Assembly: GCF_963921235.1 (NCBI RefSeq)
Contig: NC_086097.1
Location: 123,692,001 to 123,756,000, forward strand
Direction of reading: 5' to 3'
DNA length: 64,000 nucleotides
Origin: Mobula hypostoma
Lineage: Eukaryota
In this document: positions 1 to 13,448 of the stretch, in pieces
Layout of the letters: each line of letters opens with the position of its first letter
Position numbering within the stretch: position 1 is the first letter of the stretch
The notes under the pieces: generated by a model
Seen by the model: only the letters and a program-made list of their open reading frames with translations
What the model was told of the DNA's origin: nothing
The model's database searches: none
Position numbers and translations under genes: made by a program

Positions 1-878
1 CCTAAATGGATATTGAACCCATGAACAGTACCGCACTTTTAATACATATTATTTCTGTTTTTTGGACAATTTTTAATCTATTCAATATAGGTATACGGTA
101 ATGGATTTACTTATCATTATTATTTTTTTTCTATATTCTGTATTGCATTGAACTGCTGCTGCTAAGTTAAATTTCATGACTCATGCCAGTGCTAATAAAC
201 CTGATTCTGATTCTGAAGCTCCTTTTGATAGTAGCAGCAAGAAGAGAGCACGGCCTGGATGGTGAGGGTCATTGATGATGATGAATCTTGTCTATTAATG
301 TGATTTTTCTTTAAAGTGCCTCATTACCATTCCCTTCATAGTTTTCTAGCAGTTTTCTAGGATATAGAAGAGCTTTCATTCAGAAAGTACCAGCTTTACA
401 TAGAGTATTCACACTGGTTATCAAGCACCTATCTATCATGTGCTTCCACCATCCCTATCAACTCTCAAAATCACTGCAATACTTCTGCTATCTTCCCTAC
501 TCCACAGGCAATTTACAGTAGATGTAAACTGGAGCACCTGGGGGAAACCCACCTGGTCACAATCAAAGCACACAGGCTCCACCAAGTCAGCATGTTAAAG
601 TTGGAATTGAACCTCAGTCTATGGAGCTGTGAGACAGCAGTGTTAACTACTGTACTCTGTGATCCCAGTCTCTGAGGCCAACATGAGGTAATCCTCAATG
701 AGAGTGAATCCACAGAAGGCGTTTGGCCCAGATGGCCTACCTGGCTGAATACTGAAGACCTGTGCTAACTAAGCAGCTGCAGAGTCACTTCGGTAGTCTG
801 AGGTACCCACCTGATTCAAGCAGGCGTCAGTCATACCAGTGCCCTAGAAGAACATGATAACCTGCTTCAATGACTATC

Positions 879-1240
879 AACACACACAAAATGCTGGGGG
901 AACTCAGCAGGCCAAGCAGCATCTGTGGAAAAGAGTACAGTCAGTGTTTCAGGCTGAGACCCTTCGACAGGACTGGAACAAAAAGATGAGTAGTGTAAAA
1001 AGGTGGGGAAAGGGGAAGGAGAAACTCAAGATCATAGGTGAAACCGGGAGGGGGAGGGGTGCAGTCAAAAAGCTAGGAAGTTGTTTGGTGAAAGAGATGG
1101 AGGGGTGGAGAAGTAGTAATCCAATCGAAGCAGACAAAAGGTCATGGAAGCAAGAAAAGGGGGAGGAGCACCAGAAGGAGGCGATAGGCAGGCAAGGCGG
1201 TAAGGTGAGAGAGGGAAAAGACACAAAATGCTGGAGGTAC
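879..1240 (-). mobile_element. Old, diverged Penelope-like terminal-repeat fragment
   Basis: caacacacacaaaatgctgg...tttcaggctgagacccttcgacaggact matches the reverse complement of the PLE 3' repeat seen elsewhere in the window. Confidence 0.7.
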
Positions 1241-1619
1241 TCTCTCACCTGACTAGTCACCGAACTAGCTCTTCCTGGATTCCATGGGACTGAACCTTCT
1301 AGACCAGCCTACCACGCGGGACCTCATTGAAGGCCTTGCTAATGTCCAAAGAGAGAACATGCACTGGCCTTTTCGGTCATTTCTTCAAAAACTCTAAAAT
1401 ATTTGCTAAGCACAACTTTCCATTCACAAAGCTATGCTGACTCCTTGTAATCAGACTCTGTCTCTCCAAATGCCTGTAGATCCCCTCCCTCAGAATTTCC
1501 TCCAGTAACTTCCCCACTACTAATATCAGGTAGACTGGCCTGTAGTCCTTGCTTTTTTTTAAACATTAGGTACTTTACAGTCTTCAGGGCTTTCACCTAT
1601 GATTAATGATGAAATGAAT

Positions 1620-2250
1620 TGAATTGATTTATTTCTTAATCCTTCATGTAAATGAGGAGTAAAAATCTTTATGTTGCGTCTCTGTCTGAATGTGCAATGT
1701 GCAAATTATAGTAATTTGGAATAAATAGTATGTACAGTAAGATATATAACAGAACAGTCAATATAGCTTAGAAATACAATTGTGTCAGTATGAATTAATG
1801 AGTCTGATAGCCTGGTGGAAGAAGCTGTCCCAGAGCCTGTTGGCCCTGGCTTTAATGCTGTGGTACCATTTCCTGGTTGGTACCAGCTGGAACAGTTTGT
1901 GGTTGGGGTGACTCGGGTCCCCATTGATCCTTTGAGCCCTTTTTATGCACCTGTCCCTGTAAATATCCTGAATAGTGGGAAGTTCACATCCACAGATGCA
2001 CTGGACTGTCCGCACCACTCTCTGCAGAGTCCTGCAATTGAGGGAACTACAGTTCCCATACCAGGCAGTGATACAGCCAGTCAGGATGCTCTCAGTTGTA
2101 CCCCTGTGGAAAGTCCTTAGGATCTGGGGACTCATGCCGAATTTCTTCAACTGTCTGCGGTGAAAGAGGCGCTGTTGTGCTTTTTTCACCACAGCCGGTA
2201 TGTACAGACCAGGTGAAGTCCTCAGTGATGTGTATACTGAGGAACTTAAA
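1620..2250 (-). mobile_element. L2/Rex1-like non-LTR retrotransposon 3' fragment
   Basis: ORF 1785..2192(-) KKAQQRLF..ESILTGCITAWYGNC..SFF.QAIRL is the typical C-terminal region of these LINEs. Confidence 0.8.
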
Positions 2251-2369
2251 GTTGGCTATCTTACATGGATATCTACACAAGGGCTTCTGCAACTTCCTAC
2301 AAAGTCCAAGGTGAACTAAGTAACTGAGAGTGGAATTGGCTACTAACCTTTGCTTTGTTTTTATTTCAG

Positions 2370-2493
2370 TTCTATGCACCTTGGTGCGGCCACTGCAAGA
2401 AATTGGAACCAATATGGGATGAGGTAGCTGCTGAAATGCATTCCATAGGGTCTCCTGTGAAAGTTGGGAAGATGGATGCAACAATTTATGCAG
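2370..2493 (+). CDS. TMX3: TMX3 internal coding exon with thioredoxin active site ([41 protein letters not shown])
   Basis: Polypyrimidine tract and ttttatttcAG acceptor at 2368-2369, GTgaac donor at 2494; 124 nt, phase 0 to 1; peptide has the CGHC motif and closely resembles vertebrate TMX3 as I recall it. Confidence 0.95.
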
Positions 2494-3134
2494 GTGAACA
2501 ATGCTTTTGGGTTTTGCATTGAATAATTGGTCCACATTTTTAAGGAAAAATAATGAATGTGACTGTCTATGGAACTAGAGGGACTAAAACCAGAGTTCCA
2601 CCATGTTACAGTTACTGAAGTCCCTTCACAAGAGAATTCCCTGAGAATCTGTGGTGATTAGTTTCTATTGTAATTTTAAAAATTATTTAGCTTTTTATTG
2701 TATGATAACATGGGAGCTTTAGAGACAAACTTGTATAATCATTTTCCAGATAATATTGAACAAAATCAATTCCGTTCTTTTCGGTAAAGGAAATGTATCA
2801 GATCTTGGAAATGTAAAATTAACCTGGAAATGTTCAGGTCAGCATCTTTGGAGGGAAGTGGTTATCTATTTAGATTTGCCTTTCATTAGAATTGAGGATC
2901 AGATGACAAGCTTAAAGATAAGATTGTGGTAAGGAGAGTCAGAAAGAGAAGATCTGTGGACGGATAGGAAGTTAAGAAACAAAAAGGGCAATATAGATTG
3001 AAAGAGAGTAGTTGACAGGTTACTGAACACCCTCTGGTGCCTCTCTTCCTTCCCTTTCTCCTATGGTCGACTTTCCTCTCCTGTCAGATTCCTCCTTCAA
3101 CCCTTATCTCTCCTATTACCTATTACCACCTAAC

Positions 3135-3366
3135 TGAAACTGGAGAGGGTTCAAAGGAGATTCACGAAAATTATTCCAGGATTGGATGGTTTGTCATATG
3201 AAGAGCGTTTGATGTCTCTGAGCATGTAGTCACTAGATTTCAGAAAATAAGGGGTGACCTCATTGAAACCTATCAAATGATGAAAGGCCTTGATAAAATG
3301 GATGTGGAGAGGTTGTTTCCTATGGTGGCAAAGTCTAAGACCAGAGGACACAGCCTCAGAACAGAT
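3135..3366 (+). mobile_element. CR1 LINE 3' fragment
   Basis: MKGLDKMDVERLFPMV..KTRGHSLR; highly similar to 8050-8295. Confidence 0.8.
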
Positions 3367-5384
3367 GGGCCTTTATCTGTTTTCTCCACAACCACTCAGC
3401 TAGCAGTGCGGGCAGTCTGGTTCTTACCCTCCTGCAACTCTAGTAGATTGGCACCAATGCCAGGCAGACAAAATGGGGTTCCAAAGAGAGATTTTAGGGA
3501 GTGGGGTAGAAAGCTGAGAAACAGACCCTGCACGTTAGCAGTGTTCCCTCTAATTTGTAATGAGCAGTGTGCTCAAAAATCTTCTGCAGTGCAGCTTTTT
3601 GCCCAGTGACAACAAGTTGTGTACATTGAATAATTTTGTCAATAAAAACAATATAAATAAGCCAATTCTAAAATCTGCAGACAGATCATCGCAAACTCCA
3701 CGTTGTGAACACTGTCCAAATCAGAAACCCGAAAAGGAAGTGCAATTGTGTACAATCATGAAATATATTGAACATACCAACGAGGTAGAGAATGACATCC
3801 TTTTGTGTACAAGTAGCAAAAGATGTGTACTCACCTTAAAAGGGAGCATTGCAGGGTAGTAATCTCTGGATTGCTGCCTGTGCCACGTGCCAGTGAGGGT
3901 AGGAATAAGATGATGTAGCTGGTGAATGTGTGACAGAGGAACTGGTACAGGAGGCAGGGGTTCAGACTTGTGGCTCATTGGGATCTCCTCTGAGGAAGGT
4001 ACAACCTGTACAAAAGGGACGGGTTACACCTGAACCAGATGAGGTCCAATATCCTTGCGGGCAGATTGGCTAGAGTTGTTTGGGAGGGCTTAAACTAATT
4101 TGGCAGGGGGCTGGGAACTGGAGTGATTCTGCTGAAGTTTAGGTTGCTGGTTTACAAATAGAGGCAATGTGTAGTGAGGAGACTGTGGAGAGGGCAAAAT
4201 TGCAGTCAACAGGATGAGACAGAATTGAAAAGGCTACATGACTGAAGGTGTTATATTTGAATGTGCACAGTATACGGAATAAGGTAGTTGAACTTGTAGC
4301 CCAGTTACAGATTGGCATGTATAATGGAGGCATCAGCAAATTATAGCTGGGAGCTTAATATCCAAGGATACACACTGTATTGAAAGGACAGGCAGGAAGG
4401 CAGAGGGGTGGTATTGCTCTGTTGGTAAAAAAAAACCAAATCATTAGAAAGAGGGTTGGAAGGGTTGAATCATTGTGGACAGAGCCAAGGAACTGCAAGA
4501 CTAAAAAGACCCTAATTGGAGTTGTATACAGACCCCCAAACAGTAGTAAGGATGTGGTCTACAAATTACAACGGGAGATAGAAAATGCATGCCTAAAGGG
4601 CAATGTTACAATAGTCACGGGGGATTTCAGTGTGCAGTTAGATTGGGAAAATAAGGTTAGTGCTGGATTCCAAGAGCAGGAATTTCTCAAATGCCTGTAA
4701 GATGTTTTAGAGCAGGCTCGTGTTTGAGCCTACCAGGGGATCAGCTATTAGACTGGGTGTTGTGCAATGGACTGGAATTGATTAGAGAGTTTAAGGTTAA
4801 AAAAAAACACCTTAGGGGAAATTGATCATTATATGATTAAATTCGCCCTGAAATTTGAGAAGGAGAAGCTATAGTCAGATGCATCAATATTTCAGTGAAG
4901 TAAAGGGAATTACAGATGCATGAGAGAGGAGTTGGCCAGAAATGTTTGGATAAGAACATGGCAGGGATGACTGCAGAGCAGCAATGGCTGGAATTTCTGG
5001 AAACCATTTAGAAGGCACAGAATATATACATCCTAAAGAGGAAGTAGCATTCTAAAGGCAAGATGACACAACCGTGGCTAACAAGAGAAGTCAAAGGCAA
5101 CATAAAAGCCAAAGATAGGGCATATAATGGAGCAAAAATTAGAAGTTAGAGGATTGGGAAGTTTTTAAAAACCAACAGAAGGCAACTAAAAAAGTCATTG
5201 AGAAGATAAAGATGGAATACGAAAGTAAGCTAGCCAATAATATTAAAGAGGATACCAAAAGTTTATTCAAATACATAAAGTGTAAAAGAGAGGTGAGAGT
5301 GGATATCGGACCACTGCATAACCATGCTGGAGAGGTAGTAATGGGGACAAGGAAATGATGGTCAAACTGAATAAGTATTTTGCA

Positions 5385-6918
5385 ACGCACACAAAAAATG
5401 CTGGTGGAACACAGCAGGCCAGGCAGCATCTCTAGGAAGAGGTACAGTTGACGTTTCAGGCCGAGACCCTTCGTCAAGACTAACTAAAAGAAGAGATAGT
5501 AAGAGATTTGAGAGGGGGAGGGGGAGATCCGAAATCATAGGAGAAGACAGGAGGGGGAGGGATGGAGCTGAGAGCTGGAAAGTTGATTGGCAAAAGGGAT
5601 ACAAGGCTGGGGAAGGGAGAGGATCATGAGACGGGAAGCCTAGGGAGAAAGAAAGGGGGAGGGGAGCTCAGAGGATGGAGAGCAGGCAAGGAGTGATAGA
5701 GGGACAGAGGGAGAAAAAAGAGAGAAAAGGGGGGGAATAATAAATAAATACATAAGGGATGGGGAACCAAGGGGAGGAGGGGGCATTAACAGAAATTAGA
5801 GAAGTCAATGTTCATGCCATCAGGTTGGAGGCTACCCAGACAGAATATAGGTGTTTTTCCTCCAACCTGAGTGTGGCTTCATCTTTACAGTAGAGGAGGC
5901 CGTGGATAGACATGTCAGAATGGGAATGGGATGTGGAATTAAAATGTGTGGCCGCTGGGAGATCCTGCTTTCTCTGGCGGACAGAGCGTAGGTGTTCAGC
6001 GAAACGGTCTCCCAGCCTGCATCGGGTCTCACCAATATATAGAAAGCTACACACTGGGAGCACCGGATGCAGTATACCACCCCAGCCGACTCACAGGTGA
6101 AGTGTCGCCCCACCTGGAAGGACTGTCTGGGACCCTGAATGGTGATGAGGGAGGAAATGTAAGGGCATGTTTAGCACTTGTTCCGCTTACAAGGATAAGT
6201 GCCGGGAGGGAGATTGGTGGGAAGGGATGGCGGGGGACGAATGGACAAGGAAGTCGCGTAGGGAGCGATCCCTGCAGAAAGCAGAGGGGGGGAGGGAAAG
6301 ATGTGCTTGGTGGTGGGATCTCATTGGGGGTGGCGGAAGTTACAGAGAATTATATTTTGGACCCGGAGGCTGGTGGTGTGGTAGGTGAGGACAAGGGGAG
6401 TCCTATTCCTAGTGGGGTGGCAGGAGGATGGAGTGAGAGCAGATGTGCGTGAAATAGGAGAGATGCGTCTGAGAGCAGAGTTGATTGTGGAGGAAGGGAA
6501 GCCCCTTTCTTTAAAAAAGGAAGACGTCTCCTTCGTCCTGGAATGAAAAGCCTCATCCTGAGAGCAGATGCGGTGGAGACGGAGGAATTGCGAGAAGGGG
6601 ATGGCATTTTTGCAAGAGATAGGGTGGAAGCGGAATAATCCAGGTAGCTGTGAGAGTCCGTAGGCTTATAGTAGACATCAGTAGATAAGCTGTCTCCAGA
6701 GATAGAAGCAGAAAGTTCAAGAAAGGGAAGGGAGGTGTCAGAAATGGACCAGGTAAACTTGAGGGCAGGGTGAAAATTGGAGGCAGAGTTAATGAAGTCA
6801 ACTAGCTCAGCATGTGTGCAGAAAGCAGAGCCAATGCAGTCGTCGATGTAGCAAAGGAAAAGTGGGGGACAGATACCAGAATAGGCTTGGAACATGGATT
6901 GTTCCACAAAGCCAACAG
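5385..6918 (-). mobile_element. Penelope-like retroelement, 5'-truncated (RT C-terminal part, GIY-YIG endonuclease, terminal repeat)
   Basis: RT motif YIDD and LPFLE..DVYYKPTDSHSYL (ORF 6350-); [23 protein letters not shown] (ORF 5812-); 12-bp TSD aagtattttgca at 5373-5384 and 6919-6930. Confidence 0.92.
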
Positions 6919-8360
6919 AAGTATTTTGCATCAGTCTTCACTTGGGAAGACACAAGTAGTTTGGTGAAAGTTCCAGGTGTCGGGGGCATGAAGTATATGA
7001 AGTTACCATTACTACAGAGGATCTTGAGAAACTGAAAGTGGTGGCTGAAGAGATTGTGGAGGCATTAGTTATGATCTTTCAATAATCACTAGATTCCGGA
7101 ATGGCTCTGGAAAACTGGAAAATTGCAAATGTCACTCCGCTCTTCAAGAAGGGAGAGAGGCAGAAGAAAGGAAACTATAGGCCAGTTAGTCTGACCTCAG
7201 TGGTTGGGAAGATGTTGGAATCAATTATTATGGATAAGGTCTCTGGGTACTCGGAGGCACATGATAAAATAGACATGGTTTCCTCAAGGGAAAATCATGC
7301 CTGACAAATTTGTTGAAATTCTTTGAAGAAATGACTAGCAGGATAGACAAAGGAGAATTGGTTGATGTTAACTGGATTTTCAGAAGGCCTTTGGCAAGGT
7401 GCCACACCTGGGGCTGCTCAACAGGCTACAAGCCCATGATATTACAGGAAAGATTCTAGCATGGATAAAGCTGTAAAAATTTGGCAGGAAGCTAAGAGTA
7501 GGAATACAGGGAGCTTTTTTTTTGTTGGCTGCTGGTGACTCGTGGTGTTCCACAGTGGTCTGTGTTGAGATTGATTCTTTTTACATTATATTTCAGTGAT
7601 TTGGATGATAGAATTGATGGCTTGGTTAAAGTTTGCGGATGACATAAAGATAGGTAGAGTAGTAGGGTGTTTTGACAAAGTAGAAAGGCTACAGAATACT
7701 TAGATTAAGAGAATAGGCAAAGAAATAGCAGATAGAATACAGTCGAGAAGTGTATGGTTGTGCGCGTTAAAGAAGAATTGAAAGGGTTGGCTATCTTCTA
7801 AATGGAAAGAAAATAGAAAAAAAACTCAGGTGCCAAGGGACTTGGGATTCTTTGTGCAGGATTCCCTAAAGGTTAATTTGCAGGTTGAGTCTGTGGTGAG
7901 GAAGCCAAATGCGATGTTTGCATTCATTTCAGGAGGTCTAGTATATAAAAGCAAAGATGTAATGTTGAGACTTTATAAAGCACTGGTGAGGCCTCAGTTG
8001 GAGTATTGTGAACAGTTTTGGGCCCTTTTTCTTAGAAAGGATGTGCTGAAACTGGAGAGGATTCAAAAGAGGTTCAAGAAAATTATTCCAATTCAGGAAA
8101 ATTATTCCAGGATTGGATGGTTTGTCATATGAAGAGCATTTGATGTCTCTGGGCTTGTATTCACTAGATTTCAGAAGAATGAGGGGTGACCTCGTTGAAA
8201 CCTTATGAAATGATGAAAGGCCTTGATAGGATAGATGTGGAGAGGATGTTTTCTATGGTGGCAGAGTCTAAGACCAGAGGACACAGCTTCAGAATAGAGG
8301 GGTGTCCTTTTAGAATGGAGACGAGGAGGAATTTCTTCAGCCAGAGAGTGGTGTATCTGT

Positions 8361-9190
8361 TGTTACGTACCCCGTAACTGGGTTGCCAAACCAGCAGAAA
8401 TGGATCACTCAGTTGGAGTCTGGAGTACTAGAACTAAGAAAGTTTTATTAAAGAAACAAGCAACACAGTAATCGAAAGGATAATAAATGCAACAGTTCAG
8501 TGATGATAAACACACATGTGCACAGAATTAAGATAACAGCATCAATCAAGCTCTATCGTTGTCTAGGGGTTAAATGACCAATTTCAAAATGACTCAAAGT
8601 TCAGTCCAGTTTGTAGTTCAGTTCGCAGTAATCGTTGCCATGGCGATGGACAAGGTGGGGGAAGAGAGACAGAGAGAACAACTCATCATTCAGCACAGCT
8701 TCACTCACAGACCAGCGGGATGGCTCACAACCAGCTTTTGGGCAGGTCCTTGGTGATGTCACCTGAGGTCACCGACTGTGACCCCTCCTCCAGATGCGGT
8801 CGATCCTCTGCAGTGAACCCGGCACCCAGGCAAGGGCGGACACACACCGGGTTCCCGCTGATCGTACCTTTCCACCCACTCGTGAGAAGCGTACCGCTTC
8901 CAGGGTCTCGTTACCTCGGGTGGCGTGTGTGTCTGTCTTAGCGAACCTGTCCCTTTTTATCCCCCTGCTGGGGTATCGCCTGTCCATCACTTCAAACAGT
9001 TCAGGGCTCAAAGGGGGGAGCCGCTCCAGACAGCTCTTCCTCCCACATCCCTTCATTACACATCTCCAGACGCTGCTCCATTGTTCCTTATCTCTCCTTC
9101 CCCTGAGGGCAGGTGGCAGACCAACTGCTGATGCCACCGATGCTAGCCCAGGCCAGCAAACATCTTAATTTTATGTGTATTCTCGTAACA
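8361..9190. mobile_element. Solo LTR (830 bp)
   Basis: Ends TGTTACG...CGTAACA; 4-bp TSD ctgt at 8357-8360 and 9191-9194; empty site preserved in the duplicated copy at 19376-19379. Confidence 0.92.
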
Positions 9191-9239
9191 CTGTGGAATT
9201 CTTCGCTGCAGGCAGCTGTGGAGGTCAAGTCTTTATGTA

Positions 9240-10811
9240 CAGTGCCTTTAAAAAGAATTCACCCCCTTTGGAGGTTTCCATGTTTTATTATTTACAACAA
9301 TGAATCACAGTGTATTTAATTTGGCTTTCTTTGACACTGATCAACAGAAAAAGACTCTTTCATGTCAAAGTGAAAACAGATCTCGAGAAAGTGATCTAAA
9401 TTAGTTAGAAATATAAAACACAAAATAATTGATTGCTTAAGTTTTCACTCCCTTCAACTCAGTATTTAGTAGATGCGCATTTGGCAGCAATTACAGCCTT
9501 AAGTCTGTGGATAGATCTGTATCAGCTTTGCACATCTGAACACTGCAACCTTTCCCCGTTCTTCTTTACAAAATTGTTCAAGCTCTGTCAGATTGCATGG
9601 GGATTGTGAGTGAGCAGCCCTTTTCAAGTCCAGCCACAAAATCTCAATTGGATTGAGGTTTGGACTCTGACTTAGCCTCTCCAGGACATTAACTTTGTTG
9701 TTTTTAGGCCATTCCTGTGTAGCTTTGGCTTTACACTTGGGGTTATTCTCTTGCTGGAAAACAAAACTTCTCCCTAGTCGCAGTTCTCTTGCAGACTGCA
9801 TCAGGTTTTCCTCCAGGATTTCTCTGTATTTTGCTGGATTCGTATTACCCTCTACCTTCTCAAGCCTTCCAGGGCCTGCTGCAGTGGAGCATCCCCACAG
9901 CGTGATGCGTTCACCACCATGCTTCACGGTAGGGATGGGTGTTTATGATGTTCAGTGTCTGGCTTAAGTCAAACATAGGATTTAGTCTGATGGCCGAAAA
10001 GCTCAATTCTGGTTTCATCAGACCATAGAACCATCTTCCAGCTGACTTCAGAGTCTCCCACATGCCTTCTGACAAATCATAGCCAAGATTTCATGTGTGT
10101 TTTTTTTTCCAACAGTGACTTTCTCTTTGCCATTTTCCCGTAAACTTGTGACTGGTGAAGCACCTGGGCAACGATTGTTGTATGCCCAGTCTCTCCCATC
10201 TCAGTCACTGAAGCTTATAACTCCTTCAGAGTTGTTTTAGGTATATTGATGGCCTCCCTCACTAGTTCCCTTCTGCACGGTCACTAAGTTTTTGAGGACT
10301 GCCTGCTCTAGGTAGACTACAGTTGTGCGATATTCTTTCCATTTCTTGATGATTGACTTAACTGTACACCGGGGATATTCAGTGACTTGGAAATTTTCTT
10401 GTATCCAACTCCTGACTTGTGCTTTTCAATAACCTTTTTGTGGAGTTACTTTGTCTTCATGATGTAGTTTTGCCAGGATACTGACTCACCAGCAGCTGGA
10501 CTTTCCAGATACAGGTGTATTTTTACTACAATCATTTGAAACACCTTGACTGAACTCAGATCTCCATTTAACTAATTACGTGACTTCTAAAACCAGTTAG
10601 CTGTACCAGTGATGATTTGGGGTGTCATATTAAAGGGGATGAATACTTGTGCAATGAGTTATTTTATGTTTTATATTTGTAATTCATTTAGATTACTTTG
10701 ATACGAAAGAAAGCCAAATTAAATCTACTGTGATTCAATGTTGTAAAATTATAAAAAATGAAAATTTCCAAGGGGGAGGGGGCAGTGTGTGAATACTTTT
10801 TATGGGCACTG
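9240..10811 (-). mobile_element. Tc1-like DNA transposon with decayed transposase
   Basis: TA-cagtgcc...ggcactg-TA termini with long inverted repeats; ORF 9499..9927(-) KHGG..ITLWGC..FQQENNPK..SQSPNLNPIE.LW, with the second and third catalytic Asp positions altered. Confidence 0.92.
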
Positions 10812-10975
10812 TATATTTAAGGCAGAGGTTGATGGATTCTTGAGTGGTTAGGGAATGAAGGGATATGGGGAAAAGGCAGGAGTTAGGAGAGGAAAATTGG
10901 ATCAACCATGATGAAATGGTGGAGGAACCTCATTGGGCCAAATAGCCTAATTCTGCTCCTATATCTTATGGTCTT

Positions 10976-11760
10976 CCTCCTGGGATATTGGTCTCCCTTC
11001 AGTTCAGGTATACAACATCCTATTTGTACAGGACTCTTTTGGAAGAGAGCCCAATGATTCAAAAATCTGCAGCCCTCCCTTCTGCGCCATCTCCTTAGCC
11101 GCATGTTAGACTTTAGCACTTAACTCGCTGAACTTATTCTCGAGGACCTCATCACCTTTTCTGCCTTTGTCATTGGTTCTAACGTAGGCCACACATCTAG
11201 CTGCTTATCTTTCCACTTAAGATTGCTATGGACTCAGTCCAAGATGTCAATCACCCTCGCACCTAGGAGGCAACATATCATTCATGAATCTGTATCTCGT
11301 CTACAGAACTTCGTGTCTGTCGCCCTAACCAATCAATCCCCTATGACCACTGCTGGTTTCTTTTCACCCCGCCCTTCTTCTGAGTACAGAGCCAGATTTG
11401 GTGCCAGACCTAACTGTTGTGACTTTCCTCTTGCTAGGTCCCCCCCCTCCCCTGGAAACATTATCTAAAACATTATACTTTTTATTAAAGGGAACAGCCA
11501 CAGGTGTACCCTGCACTTGCTGTCTATACCCTTTCCCTGTCCTGAGAGTCACCCTGGGTCCTACAGCTTATGTGTAACTACTTCCCCGTATGCTATCAAT
11601 CAACCCTTAGCCTCCTGAATGATCTTGAGTTCATCCAACTCCAGATCCCTATCACGATCTGTAAAGAAGCTTTAGCTGCAGATGTAGTTGTCAGGGACAC
11701 TGGAGGTCACCCTGCCTTTCCACATCCCACAAAAGGAGCACTCCACTATCCTTACTGTCA
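10976..11760 (-). mobile_element. Decayed CR1 ORF1-region fragment
   Basis: W.RREGCRFLNHWALF and PVAVPFNKKYNVL peptides resemble CR1 ORF1; boundaries approximate. Confidence 0.55.
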
Positions 11761-12598
11761 TTCCCACTGCTCCTACTGTGTAATAACAAAGAAAGAAATT
11801 TCCCAAAAGCTTACTTTACCCCATGCATCTTCTCAGCAAAACCTCAAGCTCCCCATTCTAACCCTGTCCACTCTCACGATGGCCACTCCACTTGAAACTA
11901 GCATCTTTATTACGGGCCTTAACAGTTGGACAAACGTTCTCAAGTCTGCTGAAAGACCTGACAGGCCCCACTCCTTTTTTATTTGTAGAAGTTTGCACTC
12001 ACTCTGCAGGATGTTCTCTGCAGTTTGAATATGGTTTTTATTCAGAGTGCAATAAAAATGTACATTACGGCCTCAGCATCTACCGTGGGTTTTGTGAAAT
12101 ACATTTGCTGTTCAATGCAATGTTATCTACAATGTTAGATTTGAAAGTTTAGTTTCAAATAATTGTTCAAATCTATAATTTTCAAATGTTAGCACCAAAT
12201 CCACAAAAGTTTGACCATGTAGCAAAGAATGATGTCACACAAGGAAAGCTTAAGGTATAGGTAGACAATATGCACCTCCTCAGGAATAGTTAATTTCTCC
12301 AAAAAAGCAGAAAAAAATCATATTTACTGCCTGATGGTACAGACATTCTGCCCTTGATTTTGGTGAAAGCTTTGATTTGTATTTGACTGCTGTTAGCATT
12401 TAACATATTTAGAGATATAGCGACCAACTCCCTATATTTAGATGAATAAGAAATAAATCATCCAATAACAGATTGCATCAGCCACCATCTCTTTGGTTTG
12501 ACGAATGTCATTAGAATTGTAGCTGAGAGTATGACATAAACATTGAAGTTTCTTCATGTGTTTCTTTTGGTTGTATTAAAATAATTTACTTAAAAATA

Positions 12599-13273
12599 CA
12601 CTCACTGGCAATTTTATTTAGGCATATTGGTACACCTGTTTATTAATGCAAATATCTAATCAGCCTATCATGTGGCAGCAACTCAATGTATAAAAGTCAC
12701 TTAAGATTCAGTTGTTCCGACCAAATATCGGAATGGGGAAGAAATGTGATCTAAGTGACTTTGACTGTGGAATGACTTTTGGTTCCAGATGTGGGTTTCC
12801 TCCCACAGTCCAAAGAAGTACCGGTCAGTAGGTTAAATGGTCATTGTAAATTTTCCCTTGATTAGGCTAGGGTTAAGCTGGGAGTTGCTGTGCAGCGCAG
12901 TTCAAAAGGCTGGAGGGCCTATTCCATGCTGTATCTCAATAAATAAATGGGGTGGTTTGAGTATCTCAGAACCTGCTGATCTCCTGGGATTTTCACACAC
13001 AACAGTCTCTAGAGTTTACAGAGGATGGTGTGAAAAACAAAAACATTCAGTGAGTGACAGTTCTGTGGGTGAAAAAGCCTTGTTAATGAGAAACGTCAGA
13101 GGAGAACTTCCAGACTGGTTCAAGCTGACAGAAAAGCGGCAGTAACTCAAATAACCACATATTACAACATTGGTATGCCGAAGAGCATTTCTGAATGCAC
13201 AACCTGTTGAAACTTGAAATGGATGGACTCCAGGTTCCACTCCTGCACCTAATAATAAAATGTCTATTGAGTG
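12599..13273. mobile_element. Non-autonomous Tc1-like element (old), same family as 44898-45432
   Basis: TA-cactcactggcaattttattagg start; internal sequence is the reverse complement of 44898-45432; residual HTH-like peptide LSISEPADLLGFSHTTVSRVY. Confidence 0.7.
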
Positions 13274-13402
13274 AAGCACCATTCCAATCAATTCCAAGCT
13301 GAGTAGTGCTGTTGTATTGTTGAATGAATATTAACTCATGTAAACTAATACATATATTTAGAAATACATAATTTTTAAGTCTATTTTAAACTTTGCCCCC
13401 AG

Positions 13403-13448
13403 GTATTGCCTCTGAATTTGGTGTCCGAGGTTATCCAACTATCAAATT
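13403..13448 (+). CDS. TMX3: TMX3 coding exon (GIASEFGVRGYPTIKL)
   Basis: ccccAG acceptor, GTaagt donor; 46 nt, phase 1 to 2, in frame with previous exon; contains the GYPT cis-proline motif of thioredoxin folds. Confidence 0.95.

Larger units (their letters stand above)
3850..10975 (+). mobile_element. Near full-length decayed CR1 LINE (esterase ORF1 end, APE endonuclease, RT, 3' end), interrupted by a PLE, a solo LTR and a Tc1
   Basis: SGNH-like DGLHL motif near 4017; endonuclease GVVYRPPN..VTGDF (ORF 4380); RT NWKIANVTPLFKKG..GNYRPVSLTS (ORF 7101) and LYKALVRPQLEYC (ORF 7830); CR1 sequence resumes after each insertion. Confidence 0.88.

Noticed and set aside
5500..5790. G-rich purine tracts as G-quadruplex regulatory sites
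   Set aside because: Intrinsic to the PLE terminal repeat; no locus-specific evidence
5946..6452. Recurrent ORFs such as MWPLGDPAFSGG, MLVNAAGQAASLGRG and [11 protein letters not shown]
   Set aside because: Antisense or alternative-frame readings of PLE repeats; they recur only because the repeat does
8769..9168. ORFs inside the solo LTR
   Set aside because: No recognisable domain; expected by chance in GC-rich LTR sequence
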